Shown here in pieces: positions 34,529 through 43,700 of a DNA stretch of 58,602 nt. The notes beneath the pieces were generated by a model that was not told the DNA's origin, searched no databases, and worked only from the letters and a program-made list of their open reading frames with translations. Position 1 is the first letter of the stretch. The number at the start of each line of letters is the position of its first letter. This DNA comes from Robiginitomaculum sp. (GTDB lineage: Bacteria; Pseudomonadota; Alphaproteobacteria; Caulobacterales; Maricaulaceae), in the NCBI GenBank assembly GCA_021776675.1, contig JAJFFM010000149.1:1-58602 (forward strand). The letters are read 5' to 3'. Both the position numbers and the translations under genes were made by a program.

Positions 34529-35197
34529 TTAACCCTCGCCTTCTGTCTCGCCTTCGCCTTCGCCTTCGACTGCTTCGCCTTCAACTGCTTCGCCTTCTTC
34601 GCCCTCTACGGCTTCTTCTTCAGGCTCTTTCTCAACACGAGCCATTACAATAGTGACGACGGTCGGATCACGGTCAGTAATAGCAGGTACGACACCTTTA
34701 GGGAATTTAATCTCTGATTCGTGCAAGCTATCGCCGATTTCCATTTCTGAGATATCAACGATAATGCTATCCGGAATGCTACCCGCAGGACATTTCACTT
34801 CGATGGCATGGCGAACAACGTTCAAATTACCGCCTTTGGTCAGGCCTGGGCATTCTTCGTCGCCAACAAGCTGGATGCCAACTTCCATTTCAATAATGGT
34901 TTTGGATGTCACGCGGAAGAAGTCGATATGCTGCGGCATGTCCTTAACAGGGTGGAATTGCACGTCTTTGGTAATGACGCGCTGCTCTTCACCTTTATGG
35001 GATATCTTCAACATAGAAGATATCAAATTACCAGTGTTCAGCGCTTGCAAAACTTTATTTTCTTTCATGCTGATAGCTACAGGGCCTTCGTCGCCGCCGT
35101 AAATCACACCTGGGACCAGTCCTGCACGACGAGCAGCACGAGCGCCGCCTCTACCAGTGTTTTCGCGGACTTCTACTTCTAAAACTACATTTGACAT
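34529..35197 (-). CDS. rplY: 50S ribosomal protein L25 / general stress protein Ctc, with an acidic repetitive C-terminal tail
   Basis: 222 aa. ...R...GRGGARAARRAGLVPGVIYGG... and ...HPVKDMPQHIDF match L25/Ctc. The tail is EKEPEEEAVEGEEGEAVEGEAVEGEGEGETEGEG. Confidence 0.92.
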   Translation of the reverse strand: MSNVVLEVEVRENTGRGGARAARRAGLVPGVIYGGDEGPVAISMKENKVLQALNTGNLISSMLKISHKGEEQRVITKDVQFHPVKDMPQHIDFFRVTSKTIIEMEVGIQLVGDEECPGLTKGGNLNVVRHAIEVKCPAGSIPDSIIVDISEMEIGDSLHESEIKFPKGVVPAITDRDPTVVTIVMARVEKEPEEEAVEGEEGEAVEGEAVEGEGEGETEGEG

Positions 35198-35450
35198 AAC
35201 GTCATTCCTTTGCTTTTTTCACCATCAAACCACCTCACGAAAATCGTCGCCCCTTAACCGTTCCTGGCAGGCTACAAACATCTCTTCGCGCTTTGCTTTG
35301 ATTTAAGTGGGCGGTGTATAGGCGAAAGCCAAATTAAGTGCAAGCGGATATATGACTGCATTTGAGGTGAAATGCTATATTGTAACCATGCCTTAATTTT
35401 GCTACATTGCTCCCATAAAGTGTACAAAATCGATAAATCGGAGGCACCCC

Positions 35451-36935
35451 ATGCTCAATACGCGTAAACTTCTTCTCATTTTCACAGCTTTGGCCAGTTT
35501 AGGGGGAGGGCAAAGTGCGTTCGCGCAAAGCTCAGAACTCTCCCAAGAGCTCTCCATGACAATCTACGGTGATGGGCGCGCCTTAGTTGAGGATGTGCGG
35601 GATATAAAGTTTGAGCGCGGACGCAATACGGTGATCTTGCCGGGCGTATCATCCAAAATCAATGCACCTTCGGCTACCTTTGTGGCAGATGGCATAGAAA
35701 TCGTAGAACAAAATTTTGACTATGATTTACTGACCCCGCAAAAGCTGATGCAAAAAGCGGTCGGCGAAACCGTCACTATTGTCCGCACCAACCCCGGCAC
35801 TGGTGTTGAAACCCGCGAACGCGCCAAAGTCTTGGCCGCCAATAATGGTGTGGTTGTGCAGATAGGCGACCGTATCGAAGTCCTTCGTGATGACAATCTG
35901 CCGACCCGTGTTATCTTTGATGGTGTGCCAGAAAACCTACGTGCTAACCCAACCCTTTCCACCATGGTACATTCCCAGCGCACAGGAACACGCAAAGCAA
36001 CCCTGAATTACTTATCAGACGGACTGAACTGGCGCGCAGACTATGTGATGCTGTTCGACGAAGACAAGGAAAAGATGGACATCCAAGGTTGGGCCACTCT
36101 AACCAACCAAACCGAGACCACATTTAAAGATACCAAAGTATCTTTGGTGGCGGGCCATGTGGGCAATCAATACACCCGCAATTTGCATCTGCAGCAAAAT
36201 AACAATTATAATTATAACAACTACAACCGAAACAATCGCAGCAACCGTAATAACAATGTCCGCAAGGGTGGGACAGAATCTAATCCTTATGAACGCATCG
36301 GGGATAATTATCTCTATCCATTGCCCGGTCGCACGACGATTGCATCCAACCAGACTAAACAAGTTGGTTTCCTGAGCGCCGAAAACGTCGACGCCAAGAA
36401 AGTGTTTGAATATCAACAAAGCGGATTTCGCACGATCAAAGACCCGCAAGCCGCAGATGTGCGCATTGTGTTTTCCAACTCGCGAGCGGCTGACCTCGGC
36501 GAGGCTCTGCCCAAAGGCATTATCCGTGTCTATGCCAATGACAAGCGAGGCCGTGCGCAGTTCATAGGCGAAGAAATGATCACCCATATTCCAGGTGGTT
36601 CCGAGCTGGCGCTCAAGATCGGTGAGGCGTTCGACGTCAATGTCAAACCAACACAAACTCGTGTGGATAAAATTTCCAAATATGTCAGTGAGCACGATAT
36701 GGAATACGAGATCACCAACGCCAAGGACGAAGCCGTAGAAGTCGTTATCCGTCAGCAACTTTGGGGTTGGCGCACGGAATACAAAATCCTGTCCGAGAGC
36801 CACGACAGTGAAAACCCGGATGCGTATTCATATGTCTGGACGGTAAAAATCCCGGCGAACGGCGAAACCACGCTGAAATTTAAATTCCGCCAAGACTGGT
36901 CGTGGTCAGCCGCAAGCAGTGGGTTTCCTAAATAA
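35451..36935 (+). CDS. DUF4139 domain-containing secreted protein (paralogue 1)
   Basis: 494 aa with the signal ...GGGQSAFA. IYGDGRALVEDVR......G.N.V.LPGVS, ...YLSDGLNWRADY....D......GWATLTNQT...F.D.KV.LVAG is the DUF4139 pattern. It contains an Asn-rich insert, QQNNNYNYNNYNRNNRSNRNNN. Confidence 0.8.
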   Translation: MLNTRKLLLIFTALASLGGGQSAFAQSSELSQELSMTIYGDGRALVEDVRDIKFERGRNTVILPGVSSKINAPSATFVADGIEIVEQNFDYDLLTPQKLMQKAVGETVTIVRTNPGTGVETRERAKVLAANNGVVVQIGDRIEVLRDDNLPTRVIFDGVPENLRANPTLSTMVHSQRTGTRKATLNYLSDGLNWRADYVMLFDEDKEKMDIQGWATLTNQTETTFKDTKVSLVAGHVGNQYTRNLHLQQNNNYNYNNYNRNNRSNRNNNVRKGGTESNPYERIGDNYLYPLPGRTTIASNQTKQVGFLSAENVDAKKVFEYQQSGFRTIKDPQAADVRIVFSNSRAADLGEALPKGIIRVYANDKRGRAQFIGEEMITHIPGGSELALKIGEAFDVNVKPTQTRVDKISKYVSEHDMEYEITNAKDEAVEVVIRQQLWGWRTEYKILSESHDSENPDAYSYVWTVKIPANGETTLKFKFRQDWSWSAASSGFPK

Positions 36936-36942
36936 AATAATT

Positions 36943-37108
36943 TCTCCTTCCCCTACTTGTGGGGGAAGTGCCGGAGCTCTTGCGGAGGCGATGGGGGCGG
37001 CGCGAAGCGCCAAAATATCTATATATAATCTCCTGCATCAAGGCAGGCCTTTGGTCTGCGCCCCCATCCCCCCTTCGGGGTACTTCCCCCATAAATGGGG
37101 GAAGGAGA
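36943..37108. mobile_element. MITE/REP-like inverted-repeat element, copy A (about 166 bp)
   Basis: The termini are TCTCCTTCCCCTACTTGTGGGGGAAGT (36943-36969) and ACTTCCCCCATAAATGGGGGAAGGAGA (37082-37108), which are inverted. A nested inverted repeat is GATGGGGGCG (36990-36999) and CGCCCCCATC (37059-37068). The element is related to copy B at 38749-38947. Confidence 0.6.
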
Positions 37109-38745
37109 TATTCCTCATACTCCTAACCCTCTTCCTATTCACCACCACCGCAAACGCCCAAGACTTACCGCGCATCGTATCCCCCGAAGCAGACGGCACC
37201 GCGCTGACCATTTACCCGAAAAATTTGGCGCTGATAACAGAGACCCGCACACTTAATTTGCCCTTAGGGAAATCCACCATTGTGTTTGAAGGCGTCAATG
37301 AGCGGATGATACCGACGTCTGTTCTACTCAGACAGTTTTCAGGTCTGACAATTGAGCGTAATTTTGACGCGGAATTACTCTCCAAAGCTAATTTGTTTGA
37401 ACGCTCAATTGGCGAAACTGTCACCTTGACCCGCACCGATAAATCCAGCGGTATTGTGAGGCGTGTACGGGGTGAAATTATTTCGGCCAAAAACGGTGTA
37501 GTCTTTGACATTGGCGGCAAGCTAGAAACCTATCAATGCTCTGGCCTGTCCGAAGCTACCATGTTCGACAATATCCCCGAAGGTCTTAACAACATACCGG
37601 AACTGTCCATTGATGTGGACACAACAGTGTCAGGCCCGCGCGAACTGGTCATATCCTATTTGGCAGATGGCTTTAGTTGGGCGGCAGATTATAGGTTGGA
37701 TTTGACCAGTGAGAAAACTGCAAAGTTTAATGCGTGGCTGACCTTTAAGAACGAAACCGCGCAGTCATTTAAGAACACGCAAACTTCAGTTGTCGCAGGA
37801 AGCCTAAACCGTTCCTGGCAAACCAAGTCGCCGGAGAAGCAAAGCAACCATCTAGCTGCAAATTGCTGGCCACGGCAGTCAAGTTTGACACCATTACCAG
37901 TTACTGAATATACGGGTTATCGTGATGAAGTAATGGTTACAGCTAGCAAACTATATGCTGATGTAGGTTTGGAACTAGCTGTGACCGCCCCACCTGCGCC
38001 TGCTTTGATGGACGCAGCAGCACCCGCCCCACCTGAGCAAGAAGACCTCTCCGAATATAAATTATACCGCATCCCCGAACCGATCAATGTCGCGTCTTAC
38101 CAGACCAAACAAATTCGGTTTATCAATGAACCTGAAGTGGAGGTAGAGCAAGTTTATACATTTGAGGAAAGCTGGCGGTCTCTGCTTAATCCTGACCAAC
38201 CACTGCGCCCTGCCATTCAAGAAACACGTTTGGATAACAGCAAAGACGGCAAGCTTGCCAAACCCCTACCCAGCGGTACTTACCGCGTCATGTCGCGCAC
38301 CAAAGAAGGCAAACCACATATCCAGGGCGAGGACAGCATTGACAACCGCGCAGTCGACCTGCCCGTAGAGATTAAAACCAACATCTCTCATAATGTGCAA
38401 ATGCAAACCCGCATTACAATTGCAGGTGATGGCGTAGTGATCGGAAAATCTAATTGGAACGACATAAAGGTTTTGGAAAAAGTTGAACACATTTTCACCA
38501 ATGCCCACAATATCCCGATGACCGTGGAATTTAAAGCTACCGGGCTGCCACAATTCCAGTACAAATACAGCACTGAAAACGGGGTCAGCCGCAATGGTCA
38601 AATTTTATCCGGCTATTATGGTGCACCATATAAAGTCTTAGACCCGTCCATAACACCGGATGTAGACGAGGCCACACCAACATGGACATTTACCCTGCCT
38701 GCAAACAGTACGAAAATTCTGAGTTATAAAGCTGAGAGGATATAA
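36991..38745 (+). CDS. DUF4139 domain-containing secreted protein (paralogue 2); start codon uncertain
   Basis: The mature part (QDLPRIVSPEADGTALTIYP.NLALITETR...YLADGFSWAADYRLDL...FNAWLTFKNET...VVAGSL) parallels paralogue 1. The in-frame start candidates are ATG 36919, ATG 36991 and TTG 37051. The latter two lie inside repeat element A and 36919 lies just upstream of it. Confidence 0.7.
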   Translation: MGAARSAKISIYNLLHQGRPLVCAPIPPSGYFPHKWGKEIFLILLTLFLFTTTANAQDLPRIVSPEADGTALTIYPKNLALITETRTLNLPLGKSTIVFEGVNERMIPTSVLLRQFSGLTIERNFDAELLSKANLFERSIGETVTLTRTDKSSGIVRRVRGEIISAKNGVVFDIGGKLETYQCSGLSEATMFDNIPEGLNNIPELSIDVDTTVSGPRELVISYLADGFSWAADYRLDLTSEKTAKFNAWLTFKNETAQSFKNTQTSVVAGSLNRSWQTKSPEKQSNHLAANCWPRQSSLTPLPVTEYTGYRDEVMVTASKLYADVGLELAVTAPPAPALMDAAAPAPPEQEDLSEYKLYRIPEPINVASYQTKQIRFINEPEVEVEQVYTFEESWRSLLNPDQPLRPAIQETRLDNSKDGKLAKPLPSGTYRVMSRTKEGKPHIQGEDSIDNRAVDLPVEIKTNISHNVQMQTRITIAGDGVVIGKSNWNDIKVLEKVEHIFTNAHNIPMTVEFKATGLPQFQYKYSTENGVSRNGQILSGYYGAPYKVLDPSITPDVDEATPTWTFTLPANSTKILSYKAERI

Positions 38746-38748
38746 CTT

Positions 38749-38947
38749 TCTCCTTCCTCCGTTTTTCCCCAAAGGGACTTCCAAAAGGGCGCAGGGGAAG
38801 TACCCTCTTCTTAGAGGGGGATGGGGAAGTACCCTCTTCTTAGAGGGGGATGGGGGCAGAACTTATAGTATTGTGCAGGAAGAGAGAACGGCCCCCATCG
38901 AGCGCCATGAGGCGTTCATTTCCCCCATGAAAAATAGGGGAAGATGA
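38749..38947. mobile_element. MITE/REP-like inverted-repeat element, copy B (about 199 bp) with an internal 29-bp tandem duplication
   Basis: The left end is TCTCCTTCCTCCGTTTTTCCCC.... The right end is ...TTTCCCCCATGAAAAATAGGGGAAGATGA, inverted relative to the left end of copy A. It shares the GATGGGGG/CCCCCATC internal inverted repeat. The unit GGGGAAGTACCCTCTTCTTAGAGGGGGAT is repeated at 38794-38822 and 38823-38851. Confidence 0.55.
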
Positions 38948-38951
38948 AAAA

Positions 38952-39893
38952 CTAATCAAACAGTTTGGAAACGCTTTCTGCATTTGCAATACGTCTGATG
39001 GCTTCACCGATTAAGCGTGCCACTGTGACTTCGCGAATTTTCTTACAGTCTTTTACCTTTTGTGGCTGGGATACCGTGTCGGTTATCACCACTTCTTTCA
39101 GTGCTGATTTATTGACATTTTCTACGGCCGGATCAGACAACACACCGTGGGTGATATAGGCGCTGACCTGTTTGGCACCTTTTGCCATGAGGGCATCTGC
39201 GGCTTTGCACAGCGTACCACCGCTATCGATAATATCGTCGAGAATGATACAATTGCGCCCCGTCACATCGCCAATAATGTTCATGACTTCACTTTCGCCA
39301 GCTTTGGGACGACGTTTATCAATTATGGCAATATCGGCTTCGAATTTTTTGGCTAGAGCCCGCGCACGGACAACGCCGCCCGTATCCGGGGAAACAAATA
39401 AAATATCTTTAAGTTCTTTGCGCGAATATTCTGCGCGGATATCTTGTTCAAATACGGGCTGCCCAAACAGGTTATCTGTCGGCATATCAAAGAAGCCTTG
39501 AATTTGCCCAGCATGTAAATCAAGGGTGAGAACTCGGTCCGCGCCAGCACGGGAAATAAGATTAGCAACTAATTTCGCAGAGATTGGAGTACGTCCACCA
39601 ACTTTGCGGTCTTGTCTGGAATAACCAAAATAAGGAATAACAGCCGTAATACGTGCCGCCGAAGCGCGAAGCAATGCATCCATCAATATCAACAATTCCA
39701 TGAGATGATCATTAGCGGGTGCAGATGTGCTTTGGATCAAGAAAATATCTTCGCCGCGTACATTTTCATTGATGCGAACAAAAATTTCCTGGTCTCTAAA
39801 TCGTTCAATATTGACGTCCGTCAACGGCATATCAAGAACGTCGGCAATAGCGGTGGCTAAACCCTCGCTGGCGGTACCACTTAATAGCTTCAT
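38952..39893 (-). CDS. prs: Ribose-phosphate diphosphokinase (PRPP synthetase)
   Basis: 313 aa. ...[40 protein letters not shown] and [11 protein letters not shown] are Prs motifs. Confidence 0.95.
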   Translation of the reverse strand: MKLLSGTASEGLATAIADVLDMPLTDVNIERFRDQEIFVRINENVRGEDIFLIQSTSAPANDHLMELLILMDALLRASAARITAVIPYFGYSRQDRKVGGRTPISAKLVANLISRAGADRVLTLDLHAGQIQGFFDMPTDNLFGQPVFEQDIRAEYSRKELKDILFVSPDTGGVVRARALAKKFEADIAIIDKRRPKAGESEVMNIIGDVTGRNCIILDDIIDSGGTLCKAADALMAKGAKQVSAYITHGVLSDPAVENVNKSALKEVVITDTVSQPQKVKDCKKIREVTVARLIGEAIRRIANAESVSKLFD

Positions 39894-39966
39894 GAGAGCC
39901 CTTTATAATTGTGCGACTCGGATGACCTTTGCCGCTTACCGCCCTTTAACAAACTAGTTTAGAAAA

Positions 39967-40764
39967 TCAAACCCCTTCATTGATCATTATTACAGAAATA
40001 TTACGGCCATAGTCGTCAATATTATTATGGCAGTTATGACGATAGCTAAAATACGTATCGGGCGCAGCATATGTGCAATCAGGTAATGCCGCCGCTTGCC
40101 CTATGCCAACTGCTAATAATCTGTGCACCAGATAAGCCTTGATATCAAAATAAGAACGGTCACCTTTTCCCTTTTTAGGGCCATTACTGAAAAACTTTGC
40201 GCTGCCAAGATTTTCCGAAATAAACTCGTCAACAAATTCCGGCCCAACCTCAAAATGCTGTGATCCGATACACGGACCGACGGCAGCAATTATATTTTTT
40301 CGTTCTGCACCCAAACTAACCATTGCCTTAATCGTTTCGTCCGTTATCCCCGAGAGCGCCCCACGCCATCCTGCATGGGCTGCACCAATAACGCCTGCTT
40401 TTGTATCCGCAAATAATACAGGTGCACAATCTGCTGATAATGCGGAAATCGCAAGCCCCGGCGTTTTAGTGACAATGCCGTCTGCATTTGGTTGCGCGTG
40501 TTTATCCCATGGTGTTTTAGCAATAACAATATTGGAGCTGTGGATTTGATGGTTGGACAAAAGACGCGCGCCCGACGTCCCGATAGCTTGCGCCACAAGC
40601 TCGCGATTTTCTTCGACATTTGCAGGATTATCATCCGAGCCACGGCCAGTATTCAGGCTTGCATATTTATCAGTTGATACACCGCCGCAGCGGCCAAAAA
40701 AACCGTGGCTGATGCCCTGTAAACTATCAAAAGCGGGAGACAATTTTACGGGCAAATCCGGCAT
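39967..40764 (-). CDS. pgeF: Peptidoglycan editing factor PgeF (YfiH/DUF152 laccase-domain protein)
   Basis: 265 aa. HGFFGR.GGVS, SADCAPVLFAD, AHAGWRG and C....FEVG match the YfiH family. Confidence 0.85.
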   Translation of the reverse strand: MPDLPVKLSPAFDSLQGISHGFFGRCGGVSTDKYASLNTGRGSDDNPANVEENRELVAQAIGTSGARLLSNHQIHSSNIVIAKTPWDKHAQPNADGIVTKTPGLAISALSADCAPVLFADTKAGVIGAAHAGWRGALSGITDETIKAMVSLGAERKNIIAAVGPCIGSQHFEVGPEFVDEFISENLGSAKFFSNGPKKGKGDRSYFDIKAYLVHRLLAVGIGQAAALPDCTYAAPDTYFSYRHNCHNNIDDYGRNISVIMINEGV

Positions 40765-41924
40765 TATTGTTCCCCCTCCCCAAAGCCTAATGGCGCGGGC
40801 AAATCCGGTGATTGAATAGCCATGGCTTTGAACAATGTGCCCATATCATTCACATCTGTTAGTCGGTGTAATTGCCTTGCTATTTTTGCCTTGGATTTCA
40901 TAGACGCCTTTAGCCCAAGAGATTTGGAAAGCGACACGGCGCGCACTTCAATACCGAGCCGTGATAAGAACTGCCCTTGTGGGCACGGACCGTAATTTGC
41001 AAGCCCTGCTTTCTCAGCCCATTCTCCAAGCGCGGCAAAATCTACGCGCGCCGTTAAATCAGCGTGGCCGGGTTCATCCAGAGGAAAGACTTTTTCGTGC
41101 TTTTTCAAGGCTTGAAAAGTATCCCCCAACTCTGTTGTGTCTGGGCCGTAATCTATAAACAAAGCCGCGCCGGGATGATCCGCAAACCTTTTGCGTAATG
41201 TTTCAACAATTTGTCCAAGTCCCGGGTTTATCTCCAATAAATCCCCGTCTTTCACGGGCGGAATTTCCGCTGGTAAAAGTGCATGATCAATTGCGGATAT
41301 TGGGGCTTCGGACACGCTGAATATCAATTTGTTTGTATTGTCCGGGTTCACATCAACCATGCGCTCATACCATCCCGCATTACCCTTGAACCTATCTTTC
41401 ATAATCAGTTGGCGCACAGGTAAACAATCAAGATATTCATTGCCGATGACTATGGTTGGTCCTTGGGGAACATCCGCCAAATTATCAACCCAACTTACCG
41501 GAACACCTGCATTTGCCAATGTCTCCGCTTGTTTAGCTTCAAGTGCACTGGACATTTCTATCAGGTTTAAATGAATTGCAGCAAAAAAGTCATTATCCAG
41601 CCTTGCCGTGCGCAGCATGTCCGACATCATCACACCGCGTCCGGGGCCGTACTCTACCAATTGTACGGTCTCTGGCTTGCCCATGCACCGCCATGCATTG
41701 ATCATCCAAAGCCCGAGCACCTCGCCGAACATTTGCGAAATTTCTGGTGCTGTAATAAAGTCACTTTGCCCGTTTTTGGCAACGCCCAATGGGTCGCGAG
41801 TTGGGTAATAGCCTTGCTTAGGATCGAGCAAGCACCAACTCATATAGCTGGCCACACTCATGGGGCCACTGGTATTGATGTGAGCGAGAATGCGGTCTTT
41901 AAGCGTTTGCATCAGCTTTGTCAT
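40764..41924 (-). CDS. Class I SAM-dependent methyltransferase, DUF185/NDUFAF7-like
   Basis: 386 aa. ...YY......G..GDFITAPEISQMFGE..G.W and VEYGPGRG.MM.D.L match DUF185. Confidence 0.8.
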   Translation of the reverse strand: MTKLMQTLKDRILAHINTSGPMSVASYMSWCLLDPKQGYYPTRDPLGVAKNGQSDFITAPEISQMFGEVLGLWMINAWRCMGKPETVQLVEYGPGRGVMMSDMLRTARLDNDFFAAIHLNLIEMSSALEAKQAETLANAGVPVSWVDNLADVPQGPTIVIGNEYLDCLPVRQLIMKDRFKGNAGWYERMVDVNPDNTNKLIFSVSEAPISAIDHALLPAEIPPVKDGDLLEINPGLGQIVETLRKRFADHPGAALFIDYGPDTTELGDTFQALKKHEKVFPLDEPGHADLTARVDFAALGEWAEKAGLANYGPCPQGQFLSRLGIEVRAVSLSKSLGLKASMKSKAKIARQLHRLTDVNDMGTLFKAMAIQSPDLPAPLGFGEGEQ

Positions 41925-42810
41925 CTACTGGGGCAAGAGGCCATTCAGATATAACAGGTGCACGTTTTGCCGCCCATAAAATGACGAGCACACCGATAAT
42001 AACCATAGGTAATGAATATGTCATACCGCGCGTCAGGGGTCCAAATAAAGTCGCATCCGGCTCACGGAAAAACTCCACAAATATTCTGAAACTTCCGTAC
42101 ATGGCAAGGAACATGCCCGTTGCCAATCCCGGCTTGGTTAAGATATTAAACTTGCGCGATGCTAGCCACAAAACAGAGAATATCACCAAGCCTTCAAGGA
42201 AGGATTCGTAAAGCTGGCTGGGATGGCGGGGGCTTAGCGGGAACCCATTTTCAGTGAAAATATACGCCCACGGCACGTCTGTTGCGCGGCCATAAAGCTC
42301 TTGGTTGACAAAATTAGCGAGCCGTACAAGCCCAAGACCAATAGGCGCAGAAATCGCCAGAATATCGGCAACCCGCATCAGTTTAAACTTGCGCGATTTC
42401 GCCAAATAAATAGCGGCTATACACACACCGAGGAAGCCACCGTGAAACGCCATACCGCCTTCCCATACTTTGAAAATACGGACGGGATCTTTGATATAGT
42501 CCTCCAAGCCGTACAGTAAAATAAACCCGATACGACCACCGACAATAATCCCGATTAAGCTAAAAAACATCAAATCTTCGAGCATGCGTTTACTCGGTAC
42601 CAGCACGGTTTCACCAACAGCCTTAGGATTTTGCCAAATGCTTTGGTTGGCACTGCTGCGGTTTGCGTAATAATAGGCCCCAAACAGGCCGAGTATATAG
42701 GAAATGCCGTACCATTTCACTGATAACGGCCCAATGTGGAAGGCTTCTGGCTTTATCCAATCGGGAAATGTGATTGCCCTAAATAACTCTAGCGAAAATT
42801 CTAATATCAT
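41899..42810 (-). CDS. lgt: Prolipoprotein diacylglyceryl transferase
   Basis: 303 aa, polytopic. It carries W.GGMAFHGGFLG, GR.ANF.N.ELYGR.T..PW and HPSQLYE, the Lgt signatures. Confidence 0.92.
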   Translation of the reverse strand: MILEFSLELFRAITFPDWIKPEAFHIGPLSVKWYGISYILGLFGAYYYANRSSANQSIWQNPKAVGETVLVPSKRMLEDLMFFSLIGIIVGGRIGFILLYGLEDYIKDPVRIFKVWEGGMAFHGGFLGVCIAAIYLAKSRKFKLMRVADILAISAPIGLGLVRLANFVNQELYGRATDVPWAYIFTENGFPLSPRHPSQLYESFLEGLVIFSVLWLASRKFNILTKPGLATGMFLAMYGSFRIFVEFFREPDATLFGPLTRGMTYSLPMVIIGVLVILWAAKRAPVISEWPLAPVDDKADANA

Positions 42811-42890
42811 TCTGCACTCTATCTATTTCAATTTTGATTGTCCGTGTTATACTGAGAACCTACTTAAGCCAATAGAAATTACTGGAGCCC

Positions 42891-43166
42891 ATGATGCAAA
42901 CCAAATCCCCCGCCTTTGATGATCTGGCCAATTTGATGACCAATGCCTTCGGTGCTGTCAAAGGTGTCGGCGACGAGGTTAAAGCCGCAGGCCGTGCCCG
43001 CGCAGAAAGCTTCATAGCGGAAATGGACCTGGTCAGCCGCGATGAGTTCGAGACAGTAAAAATGATGGCCGCCAGTGCGCAACAAGAAATCGCCGAGCTA
43101 AAAGCCGAAATCGCCAAGCTAAAGGCGCCGAAAAAGCAGGCGACTAAATCCAAGGCAAAAAAATAG
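42891..43166 (+). CDS. ubiK: UbiK/YqiC (BMFP) family accessory factor
   Basis: 91 aa. ...FDDLANLMTNAFGAV.G...E.......R...F...MDLVSRDEFE.VK.M is followed by a coiled-coil and a Lys-rich tail. Confidence 0.7.
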   Translation: MMQTKSPAFDDLANLMTNAFGAVKGVGDEVKAAGRARAESFIAEMDLVSRDEFETVKMMAASAQQEIAELKAEIAKLKAPKKQATKSKAKK

Positions 43167-43212
43167 CCCGCCGATAATATCGACGGACTAAAATTTAAAT
43201 ATCTAAAAAGAA

Positions 43213-43605
43213 CTACTCTTCTGTGCGGTCCACAGAAACATCAGGTGCAGGAATGGTTGTTTCATTCTTAAAACATTTTTTCTCTACGTTTATTTTGTTA
43301 AGAGCATCAACAGTTCCCTTAAGGTTTGCAATATGTGCCGCTTGGTTACTTCCTGAAAGCGATGAAACAGGTAACCCTAGAAATATCACACCAACTGTGT
43401 CATTTGATCTTGCTTTTTTTTGAGCTAATGATGCCGTTACTAAGGCTTCCTCTGTCAACCTAAGTTCTTCAGAAACTTGCTCGCAGTCATATTTGCTATA
43501 TTGCAAACTGCTCACATATGTCGGTGCAATTTTATCAGGAGCTGTTGCACAGCTCACCAAGATAATAGTTCCGAAAACTAAAGCTATTTTATTTTGAATT
43601 TTCAT
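43213..43605 (-). CDS. Hypothetical lipoprotein
   Basis: 130 aa with the lipobox ILVSC after a signal sequence. The gene is AT-rich and matches no family I recognise. Confidence 0.55.
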   Translation of the reverse strand: MKIQNKIALVFGTIILVSCATAPDKIAPTYVSSLQYSKYDCEQVSEELRLTEEALVTASLAQKKARSNDTVGVIFLGLPVSSLSGSNQAAHIANLKGTVDALNKINVEKKCFKNETTIPAPDVSVDRTEE

Positions 43606-43700
43606 TTTGTCCCCCAGAATAGTGTTTAAGATAACACTACAACTAGAGACTTAATTTAAATATGTAAAGTTGAAAGCAGTGGTTTATTTTATTTAAATTA

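Noticed and set aside
36099-36803. 234-aa minus-strand ORF inside DUF4139 paralogue 1. The same applies to 20334-21023, 56137-56808, 7508-7945, 13379-13858 and the other antisense ORFs in the track.
   Set aside because: Each lies fully within a confidently identified gene on the opposite strand, and each has no start context or motif.
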